From positions 1 to 64,000 of the IMG/VR virus record IMGVR_UViG_3300017917_000952: a stretch of DNA of 64,000 nt; one strand, given 5' to 3'. This document shows, in pieces, positions 29,120 to 38,418 of the stretch. The notes beneath the pieces were generated by a model. It did no database searches and was not told where the DNA came from. It saw only the letters and a program-made list of their open reading frames with translations. Position numbers and translations under genes: made by a program. Each line of letters opens with the position of its first letter. Within the stretch, counting starts at the first letter, position 1.

Positions 29120-29120
29120 T

Positions 29121-29699
29121 ATGATCACGCTAAAGCAATGGATGGAAGTTGTTAACTATCGTATCACTGAAGGTGATGCATGGCATTCACAAGCATTTGG
29201 ACATAATGCACACTGTCTAAGTGCGTGGAACGGTGTTCACGGCACGGGCGGGTGGAGTCTTAACATTGTGTTTGACACAGAGACTCAACTGGTCTATCAG
29301 GTCGAAGCCTGTGATTATTCTAACGATCGTGCCTATCGTATGATCAATCCTCTTTACAAAGAGGCACACGATAAGGAAGCCAAAGGCGACAACTATGCTA
29401 ACCAAGCATGGGACGATGTTGACTATACTGATCTCGAAGTTGACGAGGATTGGCTTAACAAGGCCACTGCTATTGTTGACGGTGAAGAGTACGACACTCG
29501 TGTCAGTATTCCGCTCGACTTTACAGACGAAGAATTGCTCAAGTACATGACAATGGCACATGAGCGAGACATGACCTTCAATCAATTTGTTGAAGAAGCA
29601 CTTAAGGCGGCTATCGAAGAACATAAGCGAGATCCCGAAGGCTTTAAGGCCCGCGCTCAGGTATTTCTTAAAAAAGAATCAGAACCTCACGGTTATTAA
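29121..29699 (+). CDS. Hypothetical protein, possible C-terminal ribbon-helix-helix segment
   Basis: GAGGA RBS; ERDMTFNQFVEEAL resembles HicB/RHH-type motifs (weak). Confidence 0.65.
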   Translation: MITLKQWMEVVNYRITEGDAWHSQAFGHNAHCLSAWNGVHGTGGWSLNIVFDTETQLVYQVEACDYSNDRAYRMINPLYKEAHDKEAKGDNYANQAWDDVDYTDLEVDEDWLNKATAIVDGEEYDTRVSIPLDFTDEELLKYMTMAHERDMTFNQFVEEALKAAIEEHKRDPEGFKARAQVFLKKESEPHGY

Positions 29700-29700
29700 A

Positions 29701-29958
29701 ATGACTCTACCCGACGAAAGATATCGTGCTGTAATGTGGGCTAGTAGATTCCTTCAGGATATTGCCCACGATACTAAAAAGTACCCTAGGATTCCAAAGA
29801 CAGTACGGCGAGAAGCCTATAGTATCTTACGACACTTTCCTAGTAGTTGGGATATGCAACGTGCCTCTAACGGTGCGCCGGAGGTATTCCAAGAACGAAT
29901 GGAACCGTTATACAGAATGGTAAAAGCCTACGAACAGGACAAGAAAGATGAGAACTGA
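29701..29958 (+). CDS. Hypothetical phage protein
   Basis: Start placed at 29701 (MTLPDERYRAV); LRHFPSSWDM. Confidence 0.65.
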   Translation: MTLPDERYRAVMWASRFLQDIAHDTKKYPRIPKTVRREAYSILRHFPSSWDMQRASNGAPEVFQERMEPLYRMVKAYEQDKKDEN

Positions 29959-30382
29959 AGAGCAATACGAAGAATTTGCCAAACGAATGGAAGAAAAGTT
30001 TCCAAAGATGTTTGCACGGCCCTACGGAGGTTTCTGTGTTGATGCAGGATGGTGGCCTATTCTCGAAAGCCTGTGCAGTCAAATACAACATCACATCGAC
30101 TGGAAAAATAAACAGAAAGAAGAATACAACAAGGGCGACGGGTGCGCTCAAGTAGTTGTAGAACAAATTAAAGAAAAGTTTGGCGGACTACGTTTCTATT
30201 ACCAAGGCGGTGATGATATGATTCATGGCATGGTCTATATGGCAGAAAGTTGGGCATCTAGGCACTGTGAAGTTTGCGGCAAGCCCGGAGAAAGCCGTAG
30301 CAAAGGTTGGATCAAAACACTTTGTGACGAACATCACGAAGAACGAGAAGCACTTTATAAGAAAAGGTTCGGCAATGAATAA
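29948..30382 (+). CDS. Hypothetical protein with a Cys motif
   Basis: QIKEKFGGLRFY, CEVCG and TLC putative zinc ligands. Confidence 0.7.
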   Translation: MRTEEQYEEFAKRMEEKFPKMFARPYGGFCVDAGWWPILESLCSQIQHHIDWKNKQKEEYNKGDGCAQVVVEQIKEKFGGLRFYYQGGDDMIHGMVYMAESWASRHCEVCGKPGESRSKGWIKTLCDEHHEEREALYKKRFGNE

Positions 30383-30854
30383 ACTATTCAGAATCACTCC
30401 TTTGGAAAAGAAAAGTGTTGAGTACTTTGTAGATGTCTACGAAACATTGCCAGACGGCTCTATTCGAGGCTTTGATGTTACTGAAACGTGGCGTTGGGGA
30501 TTTGGATTTAAAGAACTAGACGACCCAGTATACGAGTACGAAACTAAGAGTGGAGTACATTGTAATCCGCAGGTAGGTTGGGGCTGCGATCTTGACGACC
30601 TATGCAGTGTTTTTGTAAACTTTACAGACGGATTTACTGAAGAAGAAAAAGCAGAAATTGAAGCAATTCTTCGTGGCGAAAAGGAAGATGAAGACGGTCG
30701 CTGGGGTACTGCTTGGATCTATGATGGAGACCACAATTGGGAAGTGGAAGACGATCATCTAAGAATCTTACCTCCATTTAAAATTGATTTAGTAGACGAA
30801 AGCGGTTACGGAGATTCTGCCGTTCTAGAAGAAAACGTGCAACCGGAAAAATAA
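30375..30854 (+). CDS. Hypothetical acidic protein
   Basis: Start placed at 30375 (MNKLFRITP). Confidence 0.65.
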   Translation: MNKLFRITPLEKKSVEYFVDVYETLPDGSIRGFDVTETWRWGFGFKELDDPVYEYETKSGVHCNPQVGWGCDLDDLCSVFVNFTDGFTEEEKAEIEAILRGEKEDEDGRWGTAWIYDGDHNWEVEDDHLRILPPFKIDLVDESGYGDSAVLEENVQPEK

Positions 30855-30864
30855 AAGGTTATAT

Positions 30865-31302
30865 ATGAAAATTGGACTTAGTTACAGTCGATGTATTAGA
30901 GACATCGTCGAAGGCAAAGTAGACATTCAGGATGTCCTTGTGATTATTGCTCGAACGGATTTCGATCCGCGAGACAATGAACAATGGGAAAGTATTTGGC
31001 GTGGCTACGGTGGCGGCAATGGCGGGAGAGGTAGCATTTGGAGCCGTCCGGAATGGGCAGACTACGAAGCAGAAGATGAGGACCGTTTCCGCAGTGTCAG
31101 TATCGAACTTTGGGAAAGCGGTAAACTGCATCAGCCTCGACAGTTCGGATCAAATCCAGGTCGCTTGCCCTACTACTGGTTAGAAGCAAGTTTGCCCGCC
31201 GAAGAACTCGAATCAAACCCTGCTGTAAAAAAGGCTTGGGAACAATTTCAGATTGTTGCAGGTCTGAGCAAATCTACAAAAATTTTAAAGGATGATTTCT
31301 AA
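30865..31302 (+). CDS. Hypothetical phage protein
   Basis: [17 protein letters not shown]; AAGG RBS. Confidence 0.7.
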   Translation: MKIGLSYSRCIRDIVEGKVDIQDVLVIIARTDFDPRDNEQWESIWRGYGGGNGGRGSIWSRPEWADYEAEDEDRFRSVSIELWESGKLHQPRQFGSNPGRLPYYWLEASLPAEELESNPAVKKAWEQFQIVAGLSKSTKILKDDF

Positions 31303-31303
31303 T

Positions 31304-31888
31304 ATGTTAGTACCAATGGTTATTGAAAAGACTGGTCAAGGCGAGCGAGCATTTGACATTTACAGTCGACTGCTCAACGAGCGTATTGTGTTCCTTAACG
31401 GACCAGTTGACGATACCAGTTCAAATTTAATCGTAGCACAGATGCTACATCTCGAAAGCCAAGATAGCGAAAAGGACATTAACTTTTATATCAATAGCCC
31501 CGGCGGTGTTATTACTAGCGGAATGGCCATCTACGATGTAATGCAATTTGTTAAACCGGATGTTGCTACTTACGTTCTCGGTCAGGCTTGTTCTATGGGG
31601 TCATTTCTAGCACAGGCAGGCACCCCGGGTAAACGCTTTATGCTACCACATGCCCGCCATATGATTCATCAACCTAGCGGTGGTGCTCGTGGTATGCAGA
31701 GCGATATCGAGATCCAATACAAGGAAATCACGCAAATGAAAACCATGCTGACTAAGTTGTATGTCGAGCATAACACGGCAGGAAAAACGTATGCCGACTT
31801 TGAAAAGGACATGGATCGAGATACTTTTATGAGTGCAGACGAAGCACTTACATACGGTCTCTGTGATCGAATCGTAACAAAGCGATAA
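31304..31888 (+). CDS. clpP: ATP-dependent Clp protease proteolytic subunit
   Basis: [26 protein letters not shown] (catalytic Ser), MIHQP (His), DRDTFM. Confidence 0.96.
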   Translation: MLVPMVIEKTGQGERAFDIYSRLLNERIVFLNGPVDDTSSNLIVAQMLHLESQDSEKDINFYINSPGGVITSGMAIYDVMQFVKPDVATYVLGQACSMGSFLAQAGTPGKRFMLPHARHMIHQPSGGARGMQSDIEIQYKEITQMKTMLTKLYVEHNTAGKTYADFEKDMDRDTFMSADEALTYGLCDRIVTKR

Positions 31889-31899
31889 ACTACTGACTA

Positions 31900-31945
31900 A
31901 AATCTCCCATCGAGCAGTGTAAATATTACTGCTTATGGGAGATTT
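31900..31945 (+). promoter_or_regulatory. Stem-loop with a late-promoter-like GTAAATA in the loop and the RBS in the 3' arm
   Basis: AAATCTCCCAT..AGCAGT-GTAAATATT-ACTGCT.ATGGGAGATTT, ATG at 31949. Confidence 0.7.
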
Positions 31946-31948
31946 ATT

Positions 31949-32167
31949 ATGGCACTAATTAGAATAATACTTTTATCATCTTTATTTTTTACAACACTAC
32001 TGTGGCTGATGTTTCTAGGTAAACTTGCTCTGGACAATTTTAGAAAAGAACGAGAACTTCTTGTTTCTCTAAACAAAGAAATGGTGGGGCTAAGATCGGA
32101 ACTTAATCTTTTTAAGGAAGATATTGATGATCTTAAGAAAAAAATAGTTGACAAGTCAGACAGTTAA
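31949..32167 (+). CDS. Small membrane-anchored coiled-coil protein
   Basis: N-terminal hydrophobic helix plus heptad tail; GGAG RBS. Confidence 0.65.
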   Translation: MALIRIILLSSLFFTTLLWLMFLGKLALDNFRKERELLVSLNKEMVGLRSELNLFKEDIDDLKKKIVDKSDS

Positions 32168-32177
32168 ATACTATACT
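32148..32177 (+). promoter_or_regulatory. Sigma70-like promoter for queD, with an internal TTAAATA
   Basis: TTGACA-18-TATACT. Confidence 0.55.
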
Positions 32178-32258
32178 TTGTTAGTGGACTGCGACATTCA
32201 CCCCACTTTAAATACTCTGCGTGTCATCAAACTTGCTACTTTTTAAAGGAGACTAGAG

Positions 32259-32765
32259 ATGGCAAATCTACAACCAATCACATACAAATGGACTAGTACT
32301 AAGGAATATGTTGATGCATTTCCTTGTGCTTATCGTCAATGGCGTGCTGATTCTCACTGTAATCTAATTCACGGTTACAGTTTTTCAATGAAGTTCTATT
32401 TTGGAACCAACGACTTAGACGTTCGTAACTGGGCTGCTGACTACGGTGGTCTAAAAGAACTTAAAAAACAACTAGAAGCTCAATTCGATCATACATTGAT
32501 TGTAGCACAAGACGATCCAGAAATGGAAACATTCAAATTGCTACAAGAAAAGAATATGGCCAAGATCGTAGTTCTACCTCGCCTAGGCTGTGAAGGTCTA
32601 GCCGACATGCTTTACAAGTATGTTAACGGTGTTTATATCCCCGAAATGTGGGGGCCAGGAGAAGCAGAACGTCTCTGGTGCTATCGTGTAGAAGTCCGCG
32701 AAACACAGGCTAACATGGCTTTCCGTGAAGGTCATCGTGAGTGGAATGAGGACCTGTTTGCATGA
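32259..32765 (+). CDS. queD: 6-pyruvoyl-tetrahydropterin synthase / QueD family
   Basis: HCNLIHGYS zinc His motif, DYGGLK, FDHTL, VEVRET. Confidence 0.88.
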   Translation: MANLQPITYKWTSTKEYVDAFPCAYRQWRADSHCNLIHGYSFSMKFYFGTNDLDVRNWAADYGGLKELKKQLEAQFDHTLIVAQDDPEMETFKLLQEKNMAKIVVLPRLGCEGLADMLYKYVNGVYIPEMWGPGEAERLWCYRVEVRETQANMAFREGHREWNEDLFA

Positions 32766-33094
32766 GATTGAATATCAATGACGTGGGCGGAGAGGTTGTT
32801 AAAGACAACGAGACCTATGTTCTCAAAGACAATAAAACTTTGAAGAATCTAGTTCTAAGCTCTACAGATCTAAAACCCGGACAGCAGACTAGAGGACACT
32901 CACATCCCGGTCAAGAAGAAGTCTACCATTTTATCTCCGGAAAGGGTTCTATACAGATCGACAATGATTTGTACAATGCGTCTGCCGGAGATATTTTCCT
33001 AATTCCGGATGGTGCATTTCATAAAGTCTTTAACGGATCAGAATCTGAAAATCTGTACTTTATCTGCGTATTTGATGGAAAGAGAAATCACTAA
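32762..33094 (+). CDS. Cupin-domain protein
   Basis: GHSHPGQEEVYHFISGKG and IPDGAFHKVFN. Confidence 0.88.
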   Translation: MRLNINDVGGEVVKDNETYVLKDNKTLKNLVLSSTDLKPGQQTRGHSHPGQEEVYHFISGKGSIQIDNDLYNASAGDIFLIPDGAFHKVFNGSESENLYFICVFDGKRNH

Positions 33095-33717
33095 TGTTAG
33101 AAACTATCTGCGAAACATTAGTCGAAGCATACCGCCGCAATTGGATTACCAGTCGCGACGGTAATGTTAGCATACGACACCACGATCGCGATCACTTTTA
33201 CATTACACCAAGCGGTGTACGTAAGCAGACAATGCAGCCCGATCAGTTTAAGAAGATTGGAATTGACGGGAATAATTGGGTAGACTTACCATATACTGAT
33301 ATCAGTTCTAATCTTAAGCCTAGCGGAGAAATTCCACTACACTTTGGCCTACAAAAGAATATGGGACAACACAGCAACGATGTTCGTGTAGTAGTACACC
33401 TGCATCCTACTTACTGTGTTGCGGCTATGCACGCCGGTATCGAATTAGGTTCCATTGCAAAGCAGTTCCCAGAACTTAGTCGTTATACCAAGGTAGCCTA
33501 CAATGTAGGTGATGTTCCTCCTATCAGTCAAGAACTGGCAGATCAGTGTCATCATCATCTTGAGTTAGACGATCGGGGCAATATCGCATACGATATCGTT
33601 GGTATCAAAGGGCACGGTGTTGTAGCCATTGACACTAGCCCCTGGCGTGCTTTTGAACACATCGAACGTCTGGAACATATCTGTAAAATTGTGCTTTCAA
33701 GTAAGGGGCATCAATGA
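33094..33717 (+). CDS. Class II aldolase/adducin family protein
   Basis: DGNVS, TPSG, PSGEIPLH, VHLHP, GHG. Confidence 0.88.
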   Translation: MLETICETLVEAYRRNWITSRDGNVSIRHHDRDHFYITPSGVRKQTMQPDQFKKIGIDGNNWVDLPYTDISSNLKPSGEIPLHFGLQKNMGQHSNDVRVVVHLHPTYCVAAMHAGIELGSIAKQFPELSRYTKVAYNVGDVPPISQELADQCHHHLELDDRGNIAYDIVGIKGHGVVAIDTSPWRAFEHIERLEHICKIVLSSKGHQ

Positions 33718-34904
33718 AACAGGTGGCAGTTATCGGAGCAGGTATTACTGGACTCATGTCTGCATATTATCTTGCTAAATCGGGATACAAAGTTGTTGTG
33801 TTCGAACAAGAACACTATCCTGCTATGAGAACTAGTTTTGCTAACGGAGGACAGATTAGCGTCAGCAACAGCGAGGTCTGGACTACTTGGAGTAATGTCA
33901 AAAAAGGCATCAAATGGATGTTTCAAAAAGACGCTCCATTATTAATTCGACCAAGTTTTTCTCTTTCAAAAATTGCATGGTTAACGAAATTTCTTTTTCA
34001 TACTATTTCTAATGCCTATGCAAAGAACACATCAGAAACTATCTGTCTAGGTTTAGAATCTAGAAAACTCTATAAACAAATTATAGAAGAAGAAAATTTA
34101 GAATTTGATCAAAGTTTCTGCGGTATCCTACATTTTTACAAAGATTCACAATACATGAATAATGCGGTTTCGGCAAAGGAACTGTATAACACTAACGGTT
34201 GCGAATGGGATATACTCAGTGCTAACGAAACTCTTAAAAAAGATCCTGCACTCGAAGACATAGAATTTGTTATCGGAGGCGCTTGGACTGGAGGAGATTG
34301 GACTGGAGACATTCATAAATTCTGTAAAGAACTGTCTAAAGTACTAGTACAGAAATACGGCGTGGATTTTGTGTTTGATTTTAAAATTCAAAAACAAGAT
34401 ATTTCTTCTATTTTTGAAGAGTTCGATTATGTCGTAGTATCAGCAGGTGTTGGTTCTATAAAACTTGCAAAACTTTTAGGTGACTCGCTGCCTATCTATC
34501 CTGTAAAAGGTTACAGCATTACTATTAATGTTAAAGAAGAGGATATGAAATATATTCCTAAAATTAGTCTACTCGATGACCAGGCTAAGATTGTAACCAG
34601 CACATTGGGTAATAGATTTAGAGTAGCAGGCACAGCCGAGTTAGACGGGGAAAATTACGATATTAGACGAGATAGAATCGAGCCGTTGTTAAATTGGGTG
34701 CATGATAACTTTCCAAAAATTGATACAAGCAATTATTCAAGTTGGGCTTGCCTAAGGCCAATGACTCCAAATATGATGCCTATTGTCCGCAAAGGTAAAA
34801 ATAAGAAAGTATTCTATCATGCAGGGCACGGACACCTAGGTTGGACATTGAGCCCGGCAACGGCTAAAAAACTAACGGAGTTGATTCAAAATGCAGATGA
34901 CTGA
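33714..34904 (+). CDS. dadA: D-amino acid dehydrogenase (FAD)
   Basis: GAGITG, TSFANGG, YPVKGYSIT, RVAGTAE, WACLRPMTP, GHGHLGWT. Confidence 0.88.
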   Translation: MKQVAVIGAGITGLMSAYYLAKSGYKVVVFEQEHYPAMRTSFANGGQISVSNSEVWTTWSNVKKGIKWMFQKDAPLLIRPSFSLSKIAWLTKFLFHTISNAYAKNTSETICLGLESRKLYKQIIEEENLEFDQSFCGILHFYKDSQYMNNAVSAKELYNTNGCEWDILSANETLKKDPALEDIEFVIGGAWTGGDWTGDIHKFCKELSKVLVQKYGVDFVFDFKIQKQDISSIFEEFDYVVVSAGVGSIKLAKLLGDSLPIYPVKGYSITINVKEEDMKYIPKISLLDDQAKIVTSTLGNRFRVAGTAELDGENYDIRRDRIEPLLNWVHDNFPKIDTSNYSSWACLRPMTPNMMPIVRKGKNKKVFYHAGHGHLGWTLSPATAKKLTELIQNADD

Positions 34905-35031
34905 TAAAGATTGGTTAGAAAGAATTAAAATTGCATATAAAGCATATCCATTCCCTAATAAGGATATTGAATCGTTTATTAGTTGGATGTATAAACAGTA
35001 TGGCATTGTAGAAAAAAAGGATAAAGAATGA
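34897..35031 (+). CDS. 44-aa hypothetical protein (absent from the ORF track)
   Basis: [18 protein letters not shown]..., overlaps both neighbours. Confidence 0.5.
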   Translation: MTDKDWLERIKIAYKAYPFPNKDIESFISWMYKQYGIVEKKDKE

Positions 35032-35966
35032 AAAAGATTTTAGTAACCGGCGGCGCTGGATTTTTAGGTAGTCACTTGTGTGAAAGACTTGTAGACCAAG
35101 GTCACCACGTTCTGTGTGTAGACAACTATTTTACAGGCAGTAAAAATAATATTGCACACCTACTAGATAACAAAAATTTTGAAGTCATTCGACAGGATGT
35201 CTGCTTTCCATTGTATGTAGAAGTAGATGAGATTTATAATCTTGCCTGCCCGGCAAGTCCTTATTACTATCAATGGGATCCTATTCAAACAATGAAGACC
35301 AGTGTGATTGGTACCTACAATATGCTAGGTCTAGCCAAGCGCACTGGTGCTAAGATCCTACAGGCCAGTACTAGCGAAGTATACGGTGATCCCACAGTAC
35401 ACCCGCAGCCAGAAGAATATTGGGGAAATGTAAACCCAATTGGAATCCGTAGTTGCTACGACGAAGGTAAACGTGCTGCCGAAACACTCTGCATGGATTA
35501 CTTCCGTATGCACAATGTTGATGTGCGTATCATTCGTATTTTTAATACCTACGGTCCTCGTATGGCACAGAATGACGGGCGTGTAGTCAGTAACTTTATT
35601 GTACAGGCTTTACAAGGCAAGGATATCACAGTCTATGGTAGCGGAGAACAAACTCGCAGTTTCTGCTATGTAGACGACCTCATTGATGGTATGATTGCTT
35701 ACATGGCCTTAGATGCCGCAGACGGTATGCCCGGTCCTATTAACCTAGGCAATCCCGGAGAATTTACCATGAATGAATTGGCCGAAAAAGTTATTGCCCT
35801 AACTGGTACTAAGAGCCAGGTGCTACATCCACCATTACCGCAGGACGATCCAAAACAGCGTAAACCCAATATCAGCCGCGCTAAGAGTATTTTAGGTTGG
35901 GAGCCAAAAATTCCTCTAGAAGAAGGACTCAAGAAGACCATTGACTATTTCCGCAAAATAGTGTAA
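35028..35966 (+). CDS. UDP-glucuronate decarboxylase (UXS-like NAD-dependent SDR)
   Basis: [63 protein letters not shown]. Confidence 0.93.
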   Translation: MKKILVTGGAGFLGSHLCERLVDQGHHVLCVDNYFTGSKNNIAHLLDNKNFEVIRQDVCFPLYVEVDEIYNLACPASPYYYQWDPIQTMKTSVIGTYNMLGLAKRTGAKILQASTSEVYGDPTVHPQPEEYWGNVNPIGIRSCYDEGKRAAETLCMDYFRMHNVDVRIIRIFNTYGPRMAQNDGRVVSNFIVQALQGKDITVYGSGEQTRSFCYVDDLIDGMIAYMALDAADGMPGPINLGNPGEFTMNELAEKVIALTGTKSQVLHPPLPQDDPKQRKPNISRAKSILGWEPKIPLEEGLKKTIDYFRKIV

Positions 35967-35969
35967 AAT
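35941..35969 (+). promoter_or_regulatory. Sigma70-like promoter
   Basis: TTGACT-17-TAAAAT with TG just upstream of the -10 box. Confidence 0.55.
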
Positions 35970-35990
35970 ATTACATTATAGGAGTTAATT

Positions 35991-36167
35991 ATGGAATCTT
36001 TTCGTAACTGGTATGTTTGTAACCAAGACGCAATTACCTGGTTTCTTATTGGTTGGCTTACCTTTGCCGGGTTTGATAGTCTAGCAACGGGTAGTTATAT
36101 TTGGGCGGCTGTGAGTTTTATTCTTGCCTACTTTAATTACAAACTAACTGCTGTGAGACTGCAATGA
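35991..36167 (+). CDS. 58-aa two-helix membrane protein (absent from the ORF track)
   Basis: AGGAG RBS; ITWFLIGWLTFAGF and YIWAAVSFILAYF. Confidence 0.65.
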   Translation: MESFRNWYVCNQDAITWFLIGWLTFAGFDSLATGSYIWAAVSFILAYFNYKLTAVRLQ

Positions 36168-36328
36168 CCAAGTGGACCATCACTGTAGAAGAAGATCCAG
36201 AAACAGGAGAGCTTATCTTGCCTTTACCAGAAGATATGCTCAAAATGCAAGGGTGGGTTGAAGGCGACACACTCGAGTGGATTGATAACAACGATGGTTC
36301 ATGGAGCCTTCAAAAGGTAGACAAATGA
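36164..36328 (+). CDS. AbrB/MazE/SpoVT-like 54-aa protein (absent from the ORF track)
   Basis: GELILPLPEDMLKMQGWVEGDTLEW; ATGA-coupled on both sides. Confidence 0.7.
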   Translation: MTKWTITVEEDPETGELILPLPEDMLKMQGWVEGDTLEWIDNNDGSWSLQKVDK

Positions 36329-36933
36329 AAACCTTTATTCAAGTAGGAGCAGGCGCAGGTGATCGAGATCCTAGCGCCAACTTTGTAGACGGGTTTACAC
36401 GAATGGTCAAGGCTCTAGATCCTGCTACTGTAGGTAGGGTTTTACTTGTCGAACCAAATCCAATAAACATACCCTTTTTGCAAGAGTGTTGGAAAGATTA
36501 TCCGCAGGCAGAAATTTACAATATTGGTATTGTTCCTAGTTCTTACACAGAGCGTACTATTACTTTTTATTATGCCTTGTCAGATGGTCCACATTTTCAA
36601 TGCACAAGCATTAAAAAAGAACATACTCGACAGAGCAATTTGGGCCAGTTCATTGCACCCTGCGAGACTCTAACAGAGTTTTTAACCAGAACAGTTGACA
36701 AAACCTATATCGATGTGTTAGCATTAGATATTGAAGGTATTGACGGCGACGTTATTATTGACACTAATTGGGACTCTTTCAACATCGATCAACTGAGTTT
36801 TGAGTATACAAACCTCGGCGGTCAGACAGAGCTTGTGAAACAACATCTAGAAAAATATAACTTTGAGTACATGGGTGTCGGACTTGACCGAGACGGACTC
36901 GACTGGATGTATCAAAAAAGAAAGACACTATGA
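36325..36933 (+). CDS. FkbM-family methyltransferase
   Basis: FIQVGAGAG, VEPNP, LALDIEGID. Confidence 0.8.
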   Translation: MKTFIQVGAGAGDRDPSANFVDGFTRMVKALDPATVGRVLLVEPNPINIPFLQECWKDYPQAEIYNIGIVPSSYTERTITFYYALSDGPHFQCTSIKKEHTRQSNLGQFIAPCETLTEFLTRTVDKTYIDVLALDIEGIDGDVIIDTNWDSFNIDQLSFEYTNLGGQTELVKQHLEKYNFEYMGVGLDRDGLDWMYQKRKTL

Positions 36934-37958
36934 CTAAGCGTATTGGCTTTGCCTGCAAGTGGATTGATCATGCAGGCCAAGTTGACGGCATCAAACCCAA
37001 AGATGATGCTAAAAAATACAACACCGGCGCTACAACTGTTGCTTGGCTAAATAGACAAAGTCAGCATGTAGCCGAAGAAAAACTATGGGACCTAGTTAAA
37101 GGTAACATCGAGGCTACTCGACTTCTAGTTAAAAGAGTAGGGGAACTTGATGAAAATCGTAGAATGGTTCGACTCAGTAGCGATATCCTTCCTGTGTACA
37201 CTGAGCCAGTATGGGGCAAGTTTTACAGGCTATCCGATGTGCGAGACTATTGCGAAAGAGGATTTGGGCAAATCGGAGATCTGGCTCGCGAGAATAATGT
37301 GCGCCTCAGTTTTCATCCTGGCCAGTTTACTGTCTTGGCATCTGATAACCCAGATATTGTAAATCGCAGTATTGAGGAGTTTGAGTATCATGCAGATATG
37401 GCCCGTTGGATGGGATACGGTAAATCGTTTCAGGACTTTAAGATCAACGTCCACATTTCGGGTCGAGCCGGTACAGAAGGTATCCGACAAGCCTATAAGA
37501 GACTCAGTCCAGAAGCCCGTAACACACTTACCATCGAAAACGAAGAAATAAGTTACGGTCTTAACGACTGTCTTGAACTAGCAGATATTCTTCCGATTGT
37601 TCTCGATATCCACCACCATTGGATTCGCGAAGGTGAGTATATTTCTGCCAATGACTGCCGTGTTCAACAGGTAGTAGATTCATGGCGAGGTGTACGTCCA
37701 GTTTTGCACTATTCGGTGAGTCGAGAAGATATCCTTGTAGGCCACGATCCTATGGTTCCTCCTGATCATGCTCAACTGCTAACCGAAGGACACAAAAAGC
37801 AAAAGCTCAGAGCACATTCTGATTTCTACTGGAATTCAGCAGTTAACGAATGGGCACTGAGCTTCTTAGGTACACATGATATCATGTGCGAGTCTAAGGC
37901 TAAGAATCTTGCAAGCGAAAAACTTGCAGAGCAGGCACGTAAATTACGCCTTCTTTGA
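36930..37958 (+). CDS. uvsE: UV damage endonuclease
   Basis: RIGFACK, RLSSDILP, RLSFHPGQF, LTIENE, VLDIHHH, HYS, MCESKAK. Confidence 0.92.
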   Translation: MTKRIGFACKWIDHAGQVDGIKPKDDAKKYNTGATTVAWLNRQSQHVAEEKLWDLVKGNIEATRLLVKRVGELDENRRMVRLSSDILPVYTEPVWGKFYRLSDVRDYCERGFGQIGDLARENNVRLSFHPGQFTVLASDNPDIVNRSIEEFEYHADMARWMGYGKSFQDFKINVHISGRAGTEGIRQAYKRLSPEARNTLTIENEEISYGLNDCLELADILPIVLDIHHHWIREGEYISANDCRVQQVVDSWRGVRPVLHYSVSREDILVGHDPMVPPDHAQLLTEGHKKQKLRAHSDFYWNSAVNEWALSFLGTHDIMCESKAKNLASEKLAEQARKLRLL

Positions 37959-38285
37959 TTTCTTAGTTGCTTTCATAGCCGCTGCCTTTTTAGGTGCGGC
38001 TTTTTTTGCGGCTGGCTTTTCTGCTTTAGGAGCACGAGGTTTGCGTGTCTTTTTAGCAGGTGCTTCCTCTGCTACAGGAGCAGGAGGAATTTCAACAACA
38101 CCGGCGCCTTCTACAACTGCAACAGGTGTAGGCTCGGGTTGAGGTGCAACATCACCAGCAGGTACAGGTGCATCAACCTTATAAGGTGCGTCAGATGTTT
38201 CTGTAACAACTGGCTCATCCTTCTTGCGGAAGAATACAAAGTAGCCAACTACGGCAATGACTAATAGTCCAATAATTAATTCCAT
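37944..38285 (-). CDS. Membrane-anchored protein with a Pro/Ala/Lys-rich histone-H1-like tail
   Basis: MELIIGLLVIAVVGYFVFF anchor; KPAAKKAAPKKAAAMKATKK tail; AAGGA RBS and GTAAATA upstream on the minus strand. Confidence 0.7.
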   Translation of the reverse strand: MELIIGLLVIAVVGYFVFFRKKDEPVVTETSDAPYKVDAPVPAGDVAPQPEPTPVAVVEGAGVVEIPPAPVAEEAPAKKTRKPRAPKAEKPAAKKAAPKKAAAMKATKKSKKA

Positions 38286-38418
38286 GATATGGATTCCTTT
38301 ACGTAAATTGTGATTATATTTACTATTCACTAAATATCTATGAAACAAAAAATGGAGGGCAATCTAACCATATTAAGTAGGTAGATATCTACCAAAAATT
38401 TTTATTTGGAGTAACATA

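Noticed and set aside
32178-32258. preQ1-I riboswitch upstream of queD
   Set aside because: It lacks the GTTCTAG-type loop and the A-rich 3' tail of the consensus. Kept only as an unclassified candidate leader.
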